Below, in pieces: positions 1 through 9,938 of a DNA stretch of 64,000 nt (position 1 is the stretch's first letter; every line of letters begins with the position of its first letter). A model generated the notes under the pieces. It did not search any database, was not told the DNA's origin, and saw only the letters and a program-made list of their open reading frames with translations. The stretch covers positions 1,155 to 65,154 of the forward strand of contig JBBQKF010000002.1 in the NCBI GenBank assembly GCA_038326615.1. Direction: 5' to 3'. The translations under genes were made by a program, and so were the position numbers. Origin of the DNA: Saccharofermentanales bacterium (lineage in GTDB: Bacteria > Bacillota > Clostridia > Saccharofermentanales > UBA5734).

Positions 1-2
1 TA

Positions 3-122
3 GGAACAAAGGATTTCGGTAATTTTCTTCCTGGACATGGAGGATTGATGGACAGATTTGACGGGGTATTTTTTACATTTCCAATAATGTTGATAGCATC
101 GATTTTCTATTATTTGTTTTAA
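3..122 (+). CDS. cdsA: phosphatidate cytidylyltransferase, C-terminal fragment (gene begins upstream of window)
   Basis: Frame 3 reads GTKDFGNFLPGHGGLMDRFDGVFFTFPIMLIASIFYYLF-stop (TAA 120-122). This is the KDxxxxxPGHGGxxDRxD CTP-transferase signature. cdsA-dxr-rseP-ispG is the usual Firmicutes order. Confidence 0.85.
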   Translation, partial: GTKDFGNFLPGHGGLMDRFDGVFFTFPIMLIASIFYYLF

Positions 123-247
123 CCTTGGCAAAAAGATGAAATTTTAAATATGTTAGAAAATAAGTTTTCATATTCTTAAAATTATTTGAGATATTTTACA
201 AATTTAATTGAATATATTTTGAGGAATAATTTTGAAAAGAGGTTCCA

Positions 248-1405
248 ATGATAAATACAATTTCTATCCTTGGTTCTACAGGTTCGATAGGCGTTCAAAC
301 CCTCGAGGTTGCAAGAACATTCAATATACGAGTCGTTGCATTAAGTGCCAATAAAAATGTTGACATTATGGAGAAGCAGGTTCGAGAGTTTAAGCCCCTT
401 CTTGTTTCAATGTCAGATAAATCATCGGCTGACGAACTGAGAAACAGAATTAAGGATATTAGTCCCTCCATTACTGTAATGTCGGGGATGGAAGGAAATC
501 TTGAAGTAGCTAGAGCGAGTGATGCACAGATGGTTGTTGCCGCTATGGTTGGTGTTGCTGGGTTATTGCCTGTAATTGAAGCAATCAATGCTGGTAAGGA
601 CATTGCTCTGGCTAATAAGGAAACACTTGTTGCGGGTGGCTCAATTGTTATTCCGTTAGCAAAGAGAATGAATGTCTCGATTTATCCTGTTGATAGCGAA
701 CATTCAGCAATTTGGCAGTGTCTTGCTGGGGCGGATAACAATTCTATAAGCAGAATATTTCTTACCGCTTCTGGTGGACCATTCAGAGGTAAATCCAGAA
801 ACGAACTTGAAGCTGTTAATGTTTCTCAAGCACTTGCCCACCCTACATGGAAAATGGGGGGTAAGATAACAATTGATTCTGCAACAATGATGAATAAAGG
901 ACTTGAAGTTATTGAAGCAAAATGGCTTTTTAACGTGCCTTTAACGGCTATAGAAGTTGTTGTACATCCCCAAAGCATAATACATTCAATGGTTGAATAT
1001 TGTGATGGCTCTGTAATTGCACAAATGGGATTTCCTGATATGAAGCTACCAATACAAATTGCACTTATGAAAGGTGAAAGAATTCGTGGAGATTATGTTC
1101 CTTTCAATCCTTTTGTTGCTAACAGACTGACATTTGAAAAACCAGATTTAGAGACATTTAAATGCCTATCTCTTGCTTATCATGCTAGTGAAATTGGTGG
1201 AAGCATGCCAGCTGTTTTAAATTCAGCAAACGAAATTGCCGTAGAAAAATTTCTAAAAGGCAAAATTGGTTTCCTTGATATCGCATCAAATGTTGAAAAA
1301 ATTATGAATGAACATCACAAGAGAAATTTTACGGTGAATCCTGATATTGATACAATTCTTGAACTTGACCTATGGGCTCGCGTTTACGGTGAAAATTTAA
1401 AATAA
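248..1405 (+). CDS. dxr: 1-deoxy-D-xylulose-5-phosphate reductoisomerase
   Basis: 385-aa ORF with NADPH loop ILGSTGSIG plus LANKE, PVDSEHSA and HPTWKMG Dxr signatures. GAGG RBS upstream. Confidence 0.95.
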   Translation: MINTISILGSTGSIGVQTLEVARTFNIRVVALSANKNVDIMEKQVREFKPLLVSMSDKSSADELRNRIKDISPSITVMSGMEGNLEVARASDAQMVVAAMVGVAGLLPVIEAINAGKDIALANKETLVAGGSIVIPLAKRMNVSIYPVDSEHSAIWQCLAGADNNSISRIFLTASGGPFRGKSRNELEAVNVSQALAHPTWKMGGKITIDSATMMNKGLEVIEAKWLFNVPLTAIEVVVHPQSIIHSMVEYCDGSVIAQMGFPDMKLPIQIALMKGERIRGDYVPFNPFVANRLTFEKPDLETFKCLSLAYHASEIGGSMPAVLNSANEIAVEKFLKGKIGFLDIASNVEKIMNEHHKRNFTVNPDIDTILELDLWARVYGENLK

Positions 1406-1408
1406 ATT

Positions 1409-2743
1409 ATGGATAGAGGTATATTAATGGGGACTACAATGGGAATAATTGTTGGAATATTAATTTTGAGCTTACTAATGTTTATTCATGAACTAGGACA
1501 TTATATGACTGGAAGAATTTTGGGATTTAAAATTATTGAATTTTCATTATTCATGGGACCTGTTTTGCTATCTAAAACCAGCAAAAAAACAGGAATCAAA
1601 TATAGTTTGAAACTATTGCCAATCGGAGCTTCTGTAAGATTCGATGGAGAATCCGGTATGGGCGAAGACGACAGTGATGATTCCGATTCTTTTGCAAAGA
1701 AACAAAAGTGGAAAAGAGCAGTTGTTATCGGAACAGGACCGGTTATAAATATTCTTGCGGGTGTACTTGCTTTGCTTATACTTTTTGGATCAATTGGGTT
1801 TACATCAACAATTGTTGCAGGAACATACAAAAATTCACAAGCTCAAACAGCAGGATTAATAAAGGGTGACAAAGTAGTAATGGTAAATGACTCAAAGATA
1901 TGGACATCTATTGACTATTCTCTTGAACTCAGCTTTGCAAAACAAGATAGTCCGATGACTGTAAGTGTTATAAGACCAGGTGAAACGACACAAAGAGCAT
2001 TCACTCTTAAACCCATAAAGCAATCGAGTTATAAGCTTGGTGTTACAACTCAAATAGACGAAAAGACAAATGAGTGGAGAATAATTGCAGTTGATAAAAC
2101 ATCAAATGGAGGTAAACCAACTCTTTTGGCAGGAGATGTGATTCTTTCTATTAATGGAGTTTCTACAGTCAATCAAGAAAAATCCAGTTTGCAGGTTTCT
2201 AACAGTGGTGGGAAAAGTGTTTTGATGGTTGTTTTGAGAGACAAAAAGGAAGTGACTGTTGCTTCTACACCATCAATTATGGAGCTTTATAATGATCGTG
2301 GAATTGGATTTGAGGGAAAAACAGGAATAGGAGAAGCAATCCCTGAGGCATTTAAATACTCTGCGTCAATTGTAAAGTTAACATTCAAAGGCCTTGCAAT
2401 GATAATTACAGGTAAGATTGCTGCAAAAGATGGTCTTTCAGGTCCGGTAGGTGTTGTTGATATGGTCGGAACAGTCGTAAATCAGCAAGTTCCTTTTATC
2501 GATAAAATCGCAAATCTTTTGTGGATGTTTGCACTTATTTCATTGAATCTAGGTGTTTTTAACCTTCTTCCAATACCTGCTCTTGATGGAAGCCATTTGT
2601 TGTTAATTGTTGTTGAAGCGATAAGAGGTAAAAGACTTTCTCAAAAAGTAGAAAGTGCTATAGTAATGGCTGGATTCTTTTTAATAATAGGACTTGCAAT
2701 ATTAGGACTTGTTTTTGACATAATGAGAATTTCAGGAAGATAG
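1409..2743 (+). CDS. rseP: RIP (site-2) zinc metalloprotease, M50 family
   Basis: HExxH in the first TM segment (FIHELGHYMTG), a central PDZ-like region, and C-terminal NLLPIPALDGSHLL. Start could be one of the ATGs at 1409/1427/1439. Confidence 0.9.
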   Translation: MDRGILMGTTMGIIVGILILSLLMFIHELGHYMTGRILGFKIIEFSLFMGPVLLSKTSKKTGIKYSLKLLPIGASVRFDGESGMGEDDSDDSDSFAKKQKWKRAVVIGTGPVINILAGVLALLILFGSIGFTSTIVAGTYKNSQAQTAGLIKGDKVVMVNDSKIWTSIDYSLELSFAKQDSPMTVSVIRPGETTQRAFTLKPIKQSSYKLGVTTQIDEKTNEWRIIAVDKTSNGGKPTLLAGDVILSINGVSTVNQEKSSLQVSNSGGKSVLMVVLRDKKEVTVASTPSIMELYNDRGIGFEGKTGIGEAIPEAFKYSASIVKLTFKGLAMIITGKIAAKDGLSGPVGVVDMVGTVVNQQVPFIDKIANLLWMFALISLNLGVFNLLPIPALDGSHLLLIVVEAIRGKRLSQKVESAIVMAGFFLIIGLAILGLVFDIMRISGR

Positions 2744-2961
2744 AAGAATAAGCATTTTCAAGAACGCCATAAGTAGAATATTTTAAATTGCGAATATCGA
2801 GGAAAATGTTTTTCAGTATGAGGTCAATTGGTGTATAATTTTAGAGGATAGAAATTATTTGAATTTCTAAAGATATCAGTTAGGTATAATTAGTAAAGTA
2901 AAGATTATTTGTTACTTTAAATACTGTTCAAAATAAGGTTAAGCGCAGTGGGGTTAGCAAT

Positions 2962-4041
2962 ATGTTCAGAAAAGAAACAAATGTTATACGAATAGGCAAT
3001 GTGCTTATTGGAGGAAAGAATCCAATTGCCATACAGTCGATGAACAACACTGATACCCGTAATGTTGTAAAGACACTCGATCAAATAAAAGCGTTAACGC
3101 AAGCGGGGTGTGATATAACAAGAGTTGCTATTCCAGACATGGATGCAGCTTTTGCTCTCAAAGAAATTTGTCGAAAATCGCCAATTCCTGTTGTAGCAGA
3201 TATCCATTTTGACTATAAATTAGCAATTGAGTCGATAAGAAACGGTGCATCAAAAATAAGAATTAATCCTGGTAATATTGGTGGAAAAGAAAATCTTAAA
3301 CAGATTGCCGATGCTGCAAAAATTGCAGGAATTCCAATTCGTGTAGGTGTAAATTCTGGATCAATTCATAGGGATTTTCTTCTAAAATGGGGAGGCATAA
3401 ATAAAAATTCCATGGTCGAAAGCGCCATGCAATCAATTGAACAGTTAGAAGAATGTGGTTTCAATAATATTGTGGTTTCAATTAAAGCTTCAAATCCTAT
3501 GCTTACTATAGAAACATATCGTCTTTTATCAGAAAGAGTAAAATATCCTTTGCATGTTGGTGTCACTGAAGCGGGCATCCCAGAAGAAGGGATAATAAGA
3601 TCATCCGTTGGCATAGGGGCTCTTCTTTCTGAAGGAATTGGGGATACAATACGTGTATCATTAACAGGCGATCCACTTAAAGAGGTTGAGTGTGCAATTG
3701 ACATCCTAAAAGCTTTACACTTAAGAGCTAGTGGTGTTGAAATAATCTCATGCCCTACATGTGGAAGAACAAGCGTTAATCTTATTTCGCTAGCCGTAAT
3801 GGCTCACGAAAAATTCAAAAACATTAAAGAACCTATAAAAATTGCTATTATGGGATGTGGAGTTAATGGTCCAGGTGAAGCGCGTGATGCAGATATTGGA
3901 ATTGCCGGCGGCATAGGTGAATATTTATTATTTTCAAAAGGGCAGATTTTGAGAAAAGTTTCAGAGGAAAATGCCCTTGAAGAACTTGGGATTGAAGTTG
4001 AAAAATTGATTTATAAAATTCATGCGGGGGATAGCTTGTGA
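2962..4041 (+). CDS. ispG: 4-hydroxy-3-methylbut-2-en-1-yl diphosphate synthase
   Basis: 359-aa GcpE-family ORF (IQSMNNTDT, ADIHFDY, RINPGNIG, C-terminal CPTCGR...GCGVNGPGE Fe-S cysteines). Confidence 0.95.
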   Translation: MFRKETNVIRIGNVLIGGKNPIAIQSMNNTDTRNVVKTLDQIKALTQAGCDITRVAIPDMDAAFALKEICRKSPIPVVADIHFDYKLAIESIRNGASKIRINPGNIGGKENLKQIADAAKIAGIPIRVGVNSGSIHRDFLLKWGGINKNSMVESAMQSIEQLEECGFNNIVVSIKASNPMLTIETYRLLSERVKYPLHVGVTEAGIPEEGIIRSSVGIGALLSEGIGDTIRVSLTGDPLKEVECAIDILKALHLRASGVEIISCPTCGRTSVNLISLAVMAHEKFKNIKEPIKIAIMGCGVNGPGEARDADIGIAGGIGEYLLFSKGQILRKVSEENALEELGIEVEKLIYKIHAGDSL

Positions 4042-4418
4042 AATTTAGTGCATCAAGCCAGGATTATCTCGAAGCGATTCTTGAGTTATCAAATAGAAAT
4101 GAAAAAATACGTTCAATTGATTTATCAGAGAAGATGGAGGTCACAAGAGCAAGTGTGAACCGTGCAGTCGGTGTACTAAAAGAATTAGGGTATGTTACTC
4201 AAGTGAAGTATTCTGAAATAATATTAACTGATGAGGGCCGACGAGCAGCAGCATCGGTTAAAATAAGACATACTACACTTAAGACATTTCTTACAGAAAT
4301 TCTTGATGTTGACCCTTTAATTGCTGATATTGATGCATGCAAAATGGAACATAGTGTTAGCCTCGAAACACTCGAAAAACTTCGAAGCTATATGGATAAA
4401 AAACAAAATAATCATTAG
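4038..4418 (+). CDS. DtxR/MntR-family metal-dependent transcriptional regulator (short form)
   Basis: 126-aa ORF with a GTG start overlapping the ispG stop by 4 nt. N-terminal winged helix resembles DtxR family (SQDYLEAILEL...IRSIDLSEKMEVTRASVNRAV). Confidence 0.65.
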   Translation: MKFSASSQDYLEAILELSNRNEKIRSIDLSEKMEVTRASVNRAVGVLKELGYVTQVKYSEIILTDEGRRAAASVKIRHTTLKTFLTEILDVDPLIADIDACKMEHSVSLETLEKLRSYMDKKQNNH

Positions 4419-4454
4419 AAATAATAACGAAAAGATATCGGGGCAAACGAATTA

Positions 4455-7400
4455 ATGAATAATACAATAAATGGACTTTATAGTAAAATCACAGGTCAGA
4501 ATCTTATAGTCAAATCTGGCGAAATGGCAGATGCGATTGTTTCTAATATTCATGTCACTAATGTAGGCGATATTGAAATTACTGTATTAACAAATAGTTA
4601 TCCTTCAAGCGATACAATTTGTTTTATTGAAGATGCTTACGAGAATGCGCTTAATATAACGCATGTATATCTTGTTTTTCACATAACAGAGGAGCAGAAG
4701 ATTTTTTCGGCGATCGGATATTTGCCATGGGCTTTGCGACATATAGAAAAAACTGACTTTTTTTTATATTCTTTCCTAAAAACGGCCCAATATGATGAAA
4801 AAAATGAAAATGTGGTCCATATTTCATTTCATCAAGGCTGTCAGGATGTTTCCGAAAAGAATCCGGATATTTTCTTAACTGGATTTTTTCAAAAAACATT
4901 GAGAAAATCTATTTCATTTATAGTAACCGCCTGTTCAGTACAAGTAGATGAAATGATGTTATTATCAGTTAAAGCCACAATGGACCTTGCCACAAAAAGC
5001 CGTTTGGGCAATGACATTTCTGGAAATGATGTTAATAATTCATTAATTGCGTCTGAAAATGATGATGAGCAATGCTTTGCAATAAAAACAAACATTGTCA
5101 AAAATCATAGTAATAATAGTACTAACTGTAATAAAAACAATGGTAAAAATAGTAAAGACAGTAAAGATAGTAAAGATAGTAAAGATAGTAAAGATAGTAA
5201 AGATAGTAAAGATAGTAAAGATAGTAAAGATAGTAAAGATAGTAAAAATAAAAAAGATAGTAATATCAATGTCAATTCCACAAACTCATTTTCTGAAAGC
5301 GAACGGGTTTCTTCTAAATCCAAACTTGGTGCAAACATGAAAAGTCTTGCAGGCACTATTCAGCAGATATCTGATAAGAAATTCCCTGCCAAGAACTATC
5401 GTAAATTGAAACAGCCAGATGGTGTTATCTGGGGTAAAATGAATACAGAGCTCCAACTTGTTAAAATGAACACATTTACTCATGAGACAGGACCAGCTTT
5501 GATGGAAGGATTGGTTTTTGCTGTAGAATCAAGACTTGTCAGTAATGGGACGAAGGTCCTTATTAAGTTTTGTCTGACTGACAGGACTAATTCTGTCAAA
5601 TGTTTTGCCTTTATGAGACCCGAAGAAGCGGCTGATTTTGAAGAAAATTATAAAATAGCTTATATAAGAGTTTGTGCGGATATCGGATATGATGCACATT
5701 ACGAAAAAGATCTTGTAGCAAGAGTTAATGGTATTCAAACTGCGAATCCTCCCAAGAAAAAGACTGATAATGCCGCTGAAAAAAGAGTTGAATTACATTG
5801 TCATTCAAAAATGAGTAGCAAAGACTCGGTTTGTGAAGTTTCAGACATTGTAAAACTCGCAGTCCAATATGGCCATGCTGCTGTTGCAATAACTGATCAT
5901 GGTGTTGTACAGGCTTTCCCAGATGCAAAATCTGCACAGTTTGATGCAAAAAAGAGAGGCAAAAACATTAAGATTATATATGGCGTTGAGTGTTATCTAG
6001 TTAACGATGGTCAATGTATTGCGTATCAATGTAATGATAATTCGCTTGATAATGGATTTATTTCAGTTATGCTTCAAACTTCAGGGATAGATCCTGCAAA
6101 TGACCGAATAAAATGTATTGAAGCTCTTTTGTTTGAAAGAAATGAAAACAAGCGATTTGTTGTAACAGAAGCTTTTAGTCGTACTATAAACCAAGATGAA
6201 AGTTTCCATCACCTTGAGATGCTTTCCGATTTCTTGGATTTTATTGACGAAAGACCCCTCGTTGGTAATGATATTCTTCAAATCACCGCATTTCTAAGGC
6301 ATGAAGGCTTCAGAACTAAAAAAGAAGAGGATCCACGTATCAAGTTTTTTCAACCAGTAATTGATACATCAAAAATTGCAGAAATATTTTATCCAGATAT
6401 CGCTTCAGGCAATTTGGAAGATCTGAACAATGAACTTAATTTTTTTAATGAACTTGAAATTGAAAGCATTTCTGTCAATGTAAGGGAATGTGGTTTTGAC
6501 AAAAACTCAAATTTGGCAGAAACATTAGAAGAATCAGAAATAACAGAATCAGTAGAATCAGTAGAATCAGTAGAATCAGTAAAATCAGTAGAATCAGTAA
6601 AATCAGTAGAATCAGATGTAAAATCTGAAAAACATGAATCAACAAAGTCATCACTTCAGTCAGAAGCTACTAATCGTAATTTCGAGCTGGCACTGATGGC
6701 TGGTCAATTTCTTGATTTTGTTTTAGCAACAAAAAACATCGAAAATATTAAAGACTTAAATTATCTAGCAGGAAATATTACAACCCGATCAATTCTTACA
6801 GAATCAAAGAACCAGTATCATTGCGTTCTTCTTGCAAAGGATTCAGTTGGTCTTTATGGACTGTATAGGTTAGTATCAGAATCGCATTTATATTTCATAT
6901 ATAAAGAACGCCCTAGAATTACAAGAAGTTTGCTTGAATTTTTCAGATCAGGAAATATTTTGGGCAGTGCATGTGAGGCTGGAGAGCTTTTCATGAATGT
7001 AATGGATGTTTATGACAGAAACGAAAAAGATTACGAGCGTGCATTGGCAGCAATTCCATCAACAAACCTTCCGCAGATTGCTAAATTTTATGACTATCTT
7101 GAAGTTCAGCCGGTGGGTAACAATCAATTTATGCTCCGGTCAACCGAAAGAAAGGGGCAAATTGTTCCATCAAAGTATCAGTCAATACAAAACCTTAAGG
7201 ACTTAAACCGCATTGTTGTTCACATGGGTGAACTTATGAAAAAACCTGTTTGCGCAACTGGTGATGTTCATTTCTTACAACCAGAAGACTCGCTTTATAG
7301 AGAAATAATGCAAGCTGACATGGGATTTTCGGACGCCAGCCAACAAGCACCACTATATTTTAGAACCACTGAAGAGATGTTAAAAGAATTTGATTATCTT

Positions 7401-9437
7401 GGCAAAGACATTGCCCGTGAAATTGTTATTGTAAATCCGGCCAAAATTGCATCACTTGTAATGCCTGATATGAAACCTTTTCCAGACGGAACATTTCCCC
7501 CAATCATCGAAAGTGCAGCTGGTGATGTTGAAAATCTTACATGGACAACAGCAAGACAGCTTTACGAAAAAGATGGGGTGTTACCTGAAATCGTCGAAAA
7601 ACGTATAATAAAAGAGCTTAAATCAATTATTGGCAATGGGTTTGCCGTTATGTATTATATTGCTCATAAACTTGTAAAAAAATCAAACGATGACGGTTAT
7701 ATTGTTGGGTCACGAGGATCAGTCGGATCGTCGTTTGTTGCAACACTTTGTGGTATAACCGAAGTTAATCCACTAGAACCACATTATTACTGCCCTAAAT
7801 GTCAGTATTCAGAGTTTAACTGTTCAGGTGAATATAGCTCAGGATACGATATGCCTGCAAAGCTATGTCCGGATTGCGAATCCAATTTAATCCGTGAAGG
7901 ACAAGATATTCCGTTTGAAACATTTTTGGGCTTTGATGGAGACAAACAACCTGATATTGACCTAAATTTTTCTGGTGAATATCAAGCTAGAGCGCATAAA
8001 TTTATTGAAGAAATGTTTGGCTCAAGCCACACTTTCAGAGCTGGAACAATAAGTGGATATGCCGAAAAGAATGCCATTAGCATGGTACTTAAACATTCTT
8101 TGACAAATACAACTCCGGTTACAAAGGCTGAATCGCTCCGATTAGCAAATGGATTAATAGGAGTCAAGAGAACAACAGGTCAACACCCTGGTGGAATAGT
8201 GGTTGTTCCTAAAGAACGCGATATTTATGATTTTACCCCTGTGCAATGTCCTGCTGATAAAACAGAAAATGGAATAATAACAACACATTTTGATTTCAAT
8301 TCATTGCATGATACAATTTTGAAACTCGATATTTTAGGACACGACGATCCTACAATGCTAAAAGTATTAGGTGATTTGACATCGATCGATGTCCGTACGA
8401 TTCCTATTCCTGACGATCAGGTAATGAAGTTATTTTTATCGCCTGAACCTCTTAAGATGCTTGGAGAAACAACCCTTGAGACTGGATCTTTAGGTTTACC
8501 TGAGCTTGGAACTTTCATGGCAAGAGGAATGATTAAAGACACCAAGCCAACAAGATTTTATGACCTTGTTCAGTTAATGGGTCTTTCGCATGGAACGGAT
8601 GTATGGAAGGGCAACGCTCGGGATCTTATTCGTAACAATACTTGTACCATTTCAGAAGTAATCGGTTGTCGCGACAGTATTATGACAAGTCTCATGCATT
8701 GGGGACTTCCTCCGAAATCTGCTTTTACAATAATGGAAAAAGTCCGTAAAGGTAAAGGCTTGTCCGACGAAGAAGAAGATATGATGAGAGATCATAATGT
8801 GCCGGAATGGTATATTGATTCATGTAAAAAAATTAAATATATGTTTCCAAAGGCTCATGCTGCTGCTTATTCGATATCTGCACTTCGTATTGCATGGTTT
8901 AAAGTTTATTACAAAGAGGAATACTACTGCGCCTTCTTTACTGTAAGAGCTGATGAATTCGATGCACGAATAATGTGCCGTGGGATTGAAACTGTAAAAC
9001 ATTATCGTGAAAAACTTCATAGCAGTTTTCGCGACAAAGAAAAGATAGTTGTCAAAATATTTGGAAAAGAGGAAGAATTTTCTCCCGACAAAGGACAAAG
9101 GGTGTATTACATTTTGGAATTGATTGAGGAAATGTATTGCAGAGGAGTTGAATTTTTGCCTTTAGATATATATCAGTCTGAGGCAACACATTTTACAAAA
9201 GTTGCAGATAACTTGATTCGTCCTCCGCTTAACACGTTACCTTCATTAAGCGAAAATGTTGCAAACAATATAATAAGTGCCAGGACAAAATTCAACAAAT
9301 TTCTGTCGAGAGAAGATTTTGCAAATAAAGCAGGAATAGGGGATACTCTTATTTCCCTGCTTTCCTCACAAGGGTGTCTTGATGATTTACCTGAAACAAC
9401 GCAGATTGATTTATTTTCTTTATTTAACCTCATGTAG
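4455..9437 (+). CDS. polC: DNA polymerase III alpha subunit, Gram-positive PolC type, with low-complexity inserts and a degenerate exonuclease domain
   Basis: 1660-aa ORF with PHP motifs VELHCHSKMS/ITDHG and GSRGSVGSS, a Zn module CPKC...CPDC, and PDIDLNFSG, KRTTGQHPGG, LGHDDPT, KYMFPKAHAAAY. It is longer than a typical PolC because of SKD and ESV repeat inserts. Confidence 0.95.
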   Translation: MNNTINGLYSKITGQNLIVKSGEMADAIVSNIHVTNVGDIEITVLTNSYPSSDTICFIEDAYENALNITHVYLVFHITEEQKIFSAIGYLPWALRHIEKTDFFLYSFLKTAQYDEKNENVVHISFHQGCQDVSEKNPDIFLTGFFQKTLRKSISFIVTACSVQVDEMMLLSVKATMDLATKSRLGNDISGNDVNNSLIASENDDEQCFAIKTNIVKNHSNNSTNCNKNNGKNSKDSKDSKDSKDSKDSKDSKDSKDSKDSKDSKNKKDSNINVNSTNSFSESERVSSKSKLGANMKSLAGTIQQISDKKFPAKNYRKLKQPDGVIWGKMNTELQLVKMNTFTHETGPALMEGLVFAVESRLVSNGTKVLIKFCLTDRTNSVKCFAFMRPEEAADFEENYKIAYIRVCADIGYDAHYEKDLVARVNGIQTANPPKKKTDNAAEKRVELHCHSKMSSKDSVCEVSDIVKLAVQYGHAAVAITDHGVVQAFPDAKSAQFDAKKRGKNIKIIYGVECYLVNDGQCIAYQCNDNSLDNGFISVMLQTSGIDPANDRIKCIEALLFERNENKRFVVTEAFSRTINQDESFHHLEMLSDFLDFIDERPLVGNDILQITAFLRHEGFRTKKEEDPRIKFFQPVIDTSKIAEIFYPDIASGNLEDLNNELNFFNELEIESISVNVRECGFDKNSNLAETLEESEITESVESVESVESVKSVESVKSVESDVKSEKHESTKSSLQSEATNRNFELALMAGQFLDFVLATKNIENIKDLNYLAGNITTRSILTESKNQYHCVLLAKDSVGLYGLYRLVSESHLYFIYKERPRITRSLLEFFRSGNILGSACEAGELFMNVMDVYDRNEKDYERALAAIPSTNLPQIAKFYDYLEVQPVGNNQFMLRSTERKGQIVPSKYQSIQNLKDLNRIVVHMGELMKKPVCATGDVHFLQPEDSLYREIMQADMGFSDASQQAPLYFRTTEEMLKEFDYLGKDIAREIVIVNPAKIASLVMPDMKPFPDGTFPPIIESAAGDVENLTWTTARQLYEKDGVLPEIVEKRIIKELKSIIGNGFAVMYYIAHKLVKKSNDDGYIVGSRGSVGSSFVATLCGITEVNPLEPHYYCPKCQYSEFNCSGEYSSGYDMPAKLCPDCESNLIREGQDIPFETFLGFDGDKQPDIDLNFSGEYQARAHKFIEEMFGSSHTFRAGTISGYAEKNAISMVLKHSLTNTTPVTKAESLRLANGLIGVKRTTGQHPGGIVVVPKERDIYDFTPVQCPADKTENGIITTHFDFNSLHDTILKLDILGHDDPTMLKVLGDLTSIDVRTIPIPDDQVMKLFLSPEPLKMLGETTLETGSLGLPELGTFMARGMIKDTKPTRFYDLVQLMGLSHGTDVWKGNARDLIRNNTCTISEVIGCRDSIMTSLMHWGLPPKSAFTIMEKVRKGKGLSDEEEDMMRDHNVPEWYIDSCKKIKYMFPKAHAAAYSISALRIAWFKVYYKEEYYCAFFTVRADEFDARIMCRGIETVKHYREKLHSSFRDKEKIVVKIFGKEEEFSPDKGQRVYYILELIEEMYCRGVEFLPLDIYQSEATHFTKVADNLIRPPLNTLPSLSENVANNIISARTKFNKFLSREDFANKAGIGDTLISLLSSQGCLDDLPETTQIDLFSLFNLM
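5151..5246 (+). repeat. 9-bp tandem repeat (AGTAAAGAT x ~10) inside polC encoding (SKD)n
   Basis: Read directly; in frame. Confidence 0.95.
6546..6614 (+). repeat. 9-bp tandem repeat (GAATCAGTA x ~7.5) inside polC encoding (ESV/KSV)n
   Basis: Read directly; in frame. Confidence 0.95.
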
Positions 9438-9494
9438 CAAGAATTCTCCTTCCTCTATTCAACCTTACTCGCGAATGCGAGAAGAATAGGTGGG
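9423..9494 (+). repeat. 72-nt hairpin-containing repeat, copy A (includes last 4 codons and stop of polC)
   Basis: TTTAACCTCATGTAGCAAGAATTCTCCTTCCTCTATTCAACCTTACTCGCGAATGCGAGAAGAATAGGTGGG. Its reverse complement recurs at 35619-35690 with one mismatch. Confidence 0.9.
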
Positions 9495-9780
9495 AGATTA
9501 ATTGCTACTTGTACCTTTACAATTATTATACAACTAAGCTTGACGAATTGCGATACTAATGGTATACGAGTTTATTGCGCTGTACTCAATATTTCTTTGA
9601 AAAAGGTAGCGGCGCATGAAACCTATTGAATAGCAATACCTATATTGCAGGATATCGAAGAGAATATAACTAAGTCCATAGCGAAATCAAGCAAAATATT
9701 AAGCATCTGTAAACATTCATAAATCGGTCGAATAATGAATGATAGTCGGGGAAATGGTCATGAAGATACGCTGTAAGAAA

Positions 9781-9845
9781 GTGAACAAGATAGTCTGAAA
9801 GAACGTAAACAAGATAGTCTGAAAGAACGTAAACAAGATAGTCAG
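9781..9845. repeat. 24-bp tandem repeat x ~2.7 upstream of priA
   Basis: GT(G/A)AACAAGATAGTCTGAAAGAAC repeated. Confidence 0.9.
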
Positions 9846-9938
9846 ATATTTGGACAGAAAGCCTGCAAATTATTCAATAGTAATATGCCACATAATAGTC
9901 AGATTATAAGACTCATAAAGTTAAGCAAAAGGAGCAAC

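Noticed and set aside
5095-5356. ORFs on both strands encoding (VKI)n / (LLS)n within polC
   Set aside because: Alternative-frame readings of the 9-bp SKD repeat inside polC.
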